IMG/VR virus record: IMGVR_UViG_3300025450_000023
Length of the DNA stretch: 64,000 nt
Direction: 5' to 3' (one strand)
From: an uncultured virus (IMG/VR IMGVR_UViG_3300025450_000023)
Taxonomy: Duplodnaviria; Heunggongvirae; Uroviricota; Caudoviricetes
The notes beneath the pieces were generated by a model. That model was not told the origin of the DNA, did no database searches, and worked only from the letters and a program-made list of their open reading frames with translations. Below, piece by piece: positions 59,052-64,000 of this stretch. The translations under genes and the position numbers were made by a program. Position 1 is the stretch's first letter, and every line of letters starts with the position of its first letter.

Positions 59052-60695
59052 ATGTTTTCATTTAAACAATTTTTTCTTTTAAATGAAGGTGGTGCTGGTG
59101 GACATATGCTACACCCGCTCAACTTACCTGAAATTAAAACAGGTAAAGAGCTTTTAGAATTATATGAAAAGTCAGCTCATTATCTTGCACTAAAAGGTGC
59201 TCCGGTTAAAATTGATGGTACTAACGTTAGTGTGCGGTTAGTAGATACTGAACACGGTAAAGAGTTTGCTATCTACAGGGGCGCTAAAATAGACATGGAA
59301 GGACCTCCCGCTACACTCTCTTATTTAAATACCCGTTTTGCGGAAAACCCAGGTGCAATTAAATCATACGAGCAGGTATTAAATATTTTTAACAAAGCCT
59401 TACCACAGACAACAAGAGAGCTGAAAGAGTTAGGCTTGTATAATGATCCAAATATTTTCTTTAATACTGAATTTGTAGCTGGTACTTCTAATATAATAGG
59501 GTACAATAATAAATTTTTAGCTATTCATTATCCTGCTAAAATTACAGAAAAGTTTAGCGCTAAAAAAGGTACAAAGAGTTATGGTAGTGAGCATTTACCT
59601 TTTAATGCTGATGTTTTAAATGCATATGCTAAAAAAGTTAATGCAGTAGCACAAGAATTTGGTTTTAATGTTATACATCAGTCTATAGCAAAAATGACTG
59701 GTAAGCCTAATTTTAATGCAGCGTTAAGTTCAGAATTAACTATTAATGGTAAAACTAAAACTTTAAAACAGTGGTTAAGTACAGCTGTTAATCCGGCTAA
59801 CAAAGTAATTAAAAAATTGGGTGGTGCTAAACCAGTAGCTGGTATTAATCAGGCTCTGTATTTAGATGTAGTACAAAACGGGGTTGATATTAACAGTATA
59901 GTTGCACCAGAAAGTTTACCGGTTGCTACAAATTGTATTGTATTTTGGCATGCAACAAGATTACTTGGTAAAGCTATACTTGATGCAATGGACTCAGATT
60001 TAGGTAAACCTTCTCAACAAGAAGGTGTTGTTATAAACAACCCAGCTGTATCAGCTTATCAATTTAAAATAACAGGCGACTTCTTTGTAAGAAACGCTGA
60101 AGCAAGCCCCTACAGAAAAGAACCTACTGGTCCTATTAAAACAGCTGTCATAACTTATGGTAGATTTAATCCGCCAACTGTTGGACATCAAGCTTTGTTA
60201 CAAACATTATCTCAAACTGGTGCACAAAATAAAGCTCAATTAACAGCTATATTTCCTTCTCATACAATTAATAGAGACAACCCGTTACCTTTTGATCTTA
60301 AAGCACAGATATTACAAACTATATCCCCTAAGAACGTTCAAGTATTACCAGACGGTAAGACTCTAATGGCAGTGCTTAGTTTCTTAAGTAAAAACGGATA
60401 TAACAGGGTTATTCATATAGCTGGTTCAGATCGTTTACCTGAATATGAGCGTTTAATTAAACAATACGTAAATAAGCCAGATGCTCATGGAGATATTGCA
60501 TACAATATACCAGACTACACGTTTGTAAGCTCTGGGGATAGAGATCCAGACGCTGAAGGTGTTACTGGTATGAGTGCTTCTAAAGTAAGAGCAGCTGCTC
60601 GTGCTAATGATTATAAGTCTTTTAGTGCTGGTATAGCTCAAGGCTTACCCGAACAACTAAAGCAATTAGTATTCAATACTATTAAAAATAGTTAA
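59052..60695 (+). CDS. ligase-like domain fused to cytidylyltransferase/NadD-like nucleotidyltransferase
   Basis: GHM.H, KIDG, EGVVI, FKITG; C-terminal GRFNPPTVGH, GSDR and MSASKVR. Confidence 0.75.
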   Translation: MFSFKQFFLLNEGGAGGHMLHPLNLPEIKTGKELLELYEKSAHYLALKGAPVKIDGTNVSVRLVDTEHGKEFAIYRGAKIDMEGPPATLSYLNTRFAENPGAIKSYEQVLNIFNKALPQTTRELKELGLYNDPNIFFNTEFVAGTSNIIGYNNKFLAIHYPAKITEKFSAKKGTKSYGSEHLPFNADVLNAYAKKVNAVAQEFGFNVIHQSIAKMTGKPNFNAALSSELTINGKTKTLKQWLSTAVNPANKVIKKLGGAKPVAGINQALYLDVVQNGVDINSIVAPESLPVATNCIVFWHATRLLGKAILDAMDSDLGKPSQQEGVVINNPAVSAYQFKITGDFFVRNAEASPYRKEPTGPIKTAVITYGRFNPPTVGHQALLQTLSQTGAQNKAQLTAIFPSHTINRDNPLPFDLKAQILQTISPKNVQVLPDGKTLMAVLSFLSKNGYNRVIHIAGSDRLPEYERLIKQYVNKPDAHGDIAYNIPDYTFVSSGDRDPDAEGVTGMSASKVRAAARANDYKSFSAGIAQGLPEQLKQLVFNTIKNS

Positions 60696-60716
60696 ATTTT
60701 AATTTAATTTAAACAT

Positions 60717-60751
60717 AAAAAAAGGCTAACGTTTTACTCGTTAGCCTTTTT
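60717..60751. terminator. bidirectional terminator
   Basis: A7-GGCTAACG-loop-CGTTAGCC-T5 between convergent genes. Confidence 0.85.
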
Positions 60752-60770
60752 AATTTTAAGCGACTAATTC

Positions 60771-63700
60771 TTATTTGAATGTCGCGACTGAAGCTAATGC
60801 AAGGTAAGTCGAGCTACCTGTCTTCGTTAACGATACTGTGTATACGTCAACCGAATTTGCATTACCTGAACTTGGAGCTGTACCACCCTGCCACTTTGGC
60901 GTTACTGCACTACCGTCAACTTGTAGAGCTGTCTGATAGTAAGGTGTATTGCCGTTAGTTGTAAGTAGCGCAATTGTAATTGTCTGACCTGTCGACATTA
61001 TACTGTTTAGTGTAGTACCGCTGTTACCACGAATATTTAACGTCCAATTATTAGCATTACTATTTGTGTAGTATTGTATACCTTGTGTTAATACATCGAA
61101 GTTAGTTGTACTTGATGGAGCCGAAGCTGTGTTTGTTGTACCTTCAAGTACTGAGTTTTCAGTTACATAACCTGTTGCTGTAATATTAGCAAACGTTACA
61201 TTACTTGTAGTATTTAAGGTTTGGTTAGCGCCCGGGCCTGAATAACCGGACCAGCCAGATGTACCAGAGTAGCCTGAAGTACCGCTAAAGCCACTATAGC
61301 CTGATGTACCAGAATAACCTGATATACCAGAGTAGCCTGAAGTACCGCTAAAGCCTGAGATACCACTGTAACCACTGAAGCCGCTTATACCGCTGTAACC
61401 AGACGTACCAGAGTAGCCTGAGGTACCGCTAAAGCCTGAGAAGCCAGATGTACCAGAGTAGCCTGAAGTACCGCTAAAGCCACTATAGCCTGATGTACCA
61501 GAATAACCTGATATACCAGAGTAGCCTGAAGTACCGCTAAAGCCTGAGATACCACTGTAACCACTGAAGCCGCTTATACCGCTGTAACCAGACGTACCAG
61601 AGTAGCCTGAAGTACCGCTAAAGCCACTATAGCCTGATGTACCAGAATAACCTGATATACCGCTATAACCGCTAAAACCGGAAGTACCGCTAAAGCCTGA
61701 GTAACCAGATGTACCGCTGAAGCCACTAAAGCCTGATGTACCAGAATAACCTGAAGTACCGCTAAAGCCTGAGAAGCCAGAAGTACCAGAGTAGCCCGAA
61801 ATACCAGAGTATCCCGAGAAGCCTGAATAACCAGATGTACCAGAATAACCCGAAGTGCCAATGCCAGAATAACCTGAGTAACCAGAAGCACCTGTAGCAC
61901 CTTGACCGATTGGTGAACGTAATACTGAATAGTTAGTAGTACCGTTATATATGAATGTAGCAGATACTGACGACGAACTTGTTGAGTATGCGTAAACCTG
62001 TGTTAAGATTCTGTCTGCTGCATTTAGTGTTGTAATACTATTTGTAGCATAAGATACTTTTTGATATGTTGTAGTTGTATCTGTTACCGCACCAGAATCT
62101 GCACTTAATATTAATGTACCTGTACTGCTTGTTGCATTGACCCAAGTATATACTTGGAATACAAAGTTTGCTGAATTTGAATTTACTTTACGGAAAAATT
62201 CAATATCCCACAGACCTGCAGGTATTTCTGTTAGCCCAGGTTCACCAGCTGGTGTTAAATAACCATCAATTAATACTGGGCTTGCAAGTGAGCTATTACC
62301 GGTAGATACTACAACAACGTCATCGTTTACTGAACCACCGCCTGGTTGTAATGTCAAACTTTCATAAGATGTTTGATCACTATCTGTTTCATTGAAGAAG
62401 TATGTTCTACCGTATACCGATGCGCCTGTTTGACCAGACCAACCAGATGTACCAGAGTAGCCACTGATACCGCTAAAGCCACTAATACCAGAGAAGCCGC
62501 TAAAGCCTGAAGTACCGCTAAAGCCGCTAAAGCCTGATGTACCAGAATAACCTGATGTACCAGAGAAGCCTGAGAAGCCAGATGTACCACTATAACCGCT
62601 TATACCGGAATAACCGCTAAAGCCTGAGATACCGCTAAAGCCTGAGATACCGCTATAACCGCTTATACCGCTAAAGCCTGATGTACCAGAATAACCTGAT
62701 GTACCAGAGAAGCCTGAGAAGCCAGATGTACCAGAGTAACCTGATGTACCACTATAACCGCTAAAGCCGCTTATACCGCTAAAGCCTGAAGTACCAGAAT
62801 AGCCTGAAATACCGCTAAAGCCTGATGTACCAGAATAACCTGATGTACCAGAGAAGCCTGAGAAGCCAGATGTACCAGAGTAACCTGATGTACCACTATA
62901 ACCGCTAAAGCCTGAAGTACCAGAGTAGCCTGAAATACCAGACCAACCTGAGAAGCCGGAAGTACCGTCATTACCAGCAAATCCTTGTACGCCAGGATCA
63001 CCTTGAGGACCACTATAGCCACTGTAACCTGACCAACCGCTAATACCGCTATAGCCTGAGATACCACTATAACCGGACCAACCAGATATACCACTATAGC
63101 CACTTATACCAGAATACCCACTTATACCAGAATAACCTGAAATACCGCTATAACCTGATATACCTATATATCCGCTATAACCTGAGATACCACTGTAACC
63201 GGAAATACCTGAATAACCACTGTACCCGCTTATACCACTATAACCAGAATAACCTGACGAAGCAGAAGCACCGTTAGCGCCAGAGTAACCAGAATAGCCT
63301 GAGTAGCCTTGCAAGTTTGCGCCACTCATTGAAATTGTACCTGTAACTTCGAAGTTACCGTCAAAGTGAATTGTGTTGCCTACTTGTGTTACTAAGCTAT
63401 TACCAAGTGTTTGATTACTTGTCCATAATGCAAGGTAACCGCTTGTACCGTTGTTTGTAGAACCGATTTGAGTTGCTGGATATTCAACTACAACACCTGT
63501 TGAATCGCTTGTAGCGATTAACATTGGCTTAATGAACGAGCCACTTAATGAAGGAGCTGTATCTGTTAATGCACCAGCTGTTTGATCAGATAGGTAATAA
63601 CCGTAACCATCTGTTAAACCAGAGAGGTTTGAAATTTGACCGTTGTATACGATTGTAAACTGACTTCCTGTTGCGTCTTGTACGATACCAATTGCATCAA

Positions 63701-64000
63701 CAGTAGAAATACTGTCTGCTTTTGCACGTAGGTACGAACCACTCTGATCTCTGTAAATTACAGTACCAGGTGTAAAGTCGTTTGAATATGGAATTGTTAA
63801 TTGTAATGTTGCGTCAGCACCACTGATACCAGACCAACCAGAGTAGCCTGAGTAACCAGAAATACCTGACCAACCGCTAATACCGGACCAGCCGCTATAG
63901 CCACTGATACCAGAGTAACCTGAAATACCAGACCAGCCAGAGTAACCGGAAATACCAGATATACCTGACCAACCGCTAATACCGCTAAAGCCGGACCAGC
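60771..64000 (-). CDS. Gly/Ser-repeat tail fibre or virion appendage protein (start beyond window)
   Basis: frame continues upstream of 63524; blocks of G-[YFW]-S/G-[TI]-S triplets separated by beta-rich domains. Confidence 0.75.
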   Translation of the reverse strand, partial: WSGFSGISGWSGISGISGYSGWSGISGYSGISGYSGWSGISGWSGISGYSGYSGWSGISGADATLQLTIPYSNDFTPGTVIYRDQSGSYLRAKADSISTVDAIGIVQDATGSQFTIVYNGQISNLSGLTDGYGYYLSDQTAGALTDTAPSLSGSFIKPMLIATSDSTGVVVEYPATQIGSTNNGTSGYLALWTSNQTLGNSLVTQVGNTIHFDGNFEVTGTISMSGANLQGYSGYSGYSGANGASASSGYSGYSGISGYSGYSGISGYSGISGYSGYIGISGYSGISGYSGISGYSGISGYSGISGWSGYSGISGYSGISGWSGYSGYSGPQGDPGVQGFAGNDGTSGFSGWSGISGYSGTSGFSGYSGTSGYSGTSGFSGFSGTSGYSGTSGFSGISGYSGTSGFSGISGFSGYSGTSGYSGTSGFSGFSGTSGYSGTSGFSGISGYSGISGFSGISGFSGYSGISGYSGTSGFSGFSGTSGYSGTSGFSGFSGTSGFSGFSGISGFSGISGYSGTSGWSGQTGASVYGRTYFFNETDSDQTSYESLTLQPGGGSVNDDVVVVSTGNSSLASPVLIDGYLTPAGEPGLTEIPAGLWDIEFFRKVNSNSANFVFQVYTWVNATSSTGTLILSADSGAVTDTTTTYQKVSYATNSITTLNAADRILTQVYAYSTSSSSVSATFIYNGTTNYSVLRSPIGQGATGASGYSGYSGIGTSGYSGTSGYSGFSGYSGISGYSGTSGFSGFSGTSGYSGTSGFSGFSGTSGYSGFSGTSGFSGYSGISGYSGTSGYSGFSGTSGYSGTSGYSGISGFSGYSGISGFSGTSGYSGISGYSGTSGYSGFSGTSGYSGTSGFSGFSGTSGYSGTSGYSGISGFSGYSGISGFSGTSGYSGISGYSGTSGYSGFSGTSGYSGTSGWSGYSGPGANQTLNTTSNVTFANITATGYVTENSVLEGTTNTASAPSSTTNFDVLTQGIQYYTNSNANNWTLNIRGNSGTTLNSIMSTGQTITIALLTTNGNTPYYQTALQVDGSAVTPKWQGGTAPSSGNANSVDVYTVSLTKTGSSTYLALASVATFK
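61253..61625. repeat. near-perfect 189-bp-period tandem duplication inside the fibre gene
   Basis: sequence at 61261 recurs at 61450 with about one mismatch over ~175 bp. Confidence 0.8.

Noticed and set aside
61200..64000. Dense short repeats resembling an array, plus alternate-frame ORFs
   Set aside because: 9-bp codon-level periodicity of a protein repeat with no unique spacers; not CRISPR
1..64000. Stop-codon reassignment
   Set aside because: Core genes are full length and densely packed under the standard code; no suppressor tRNA

Overview
A 64-kb segment of a large, AT-rich T4-like myovirus genome, read with the standard code and with no CRISPR array or mobile element evident. Positions ~1-27 kb (+ strand) hold the replication/recombination module (uvsW, gp55, gp47, gp46, gp43, uvsX, gp41, gp59-like, gp32, gp45, RNase H). 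It is interleaved with glycosyltransferases and a 7-deazaguanine DNA-modification set (TGT/DpdA-like, PurN-like formyltransferase, P-loop kinase, QueF, FolE, dNTP diphosphohydrolase). Positions 28.4-30 kb carry a tmRNA, four tRNAs and an unassigned structured RNA candidate. Positions 33.5-40 kb (- strand) are a second glycan-synthesis cluster that sits directly downstream of the baseplate/tail module (40-56 kb, - strand). The window ends with nucleotidyltransferases and a Gly/Ser-repeat fibre gene that runs off the edge. All calls come from motif recognition by eye; no searches were run.
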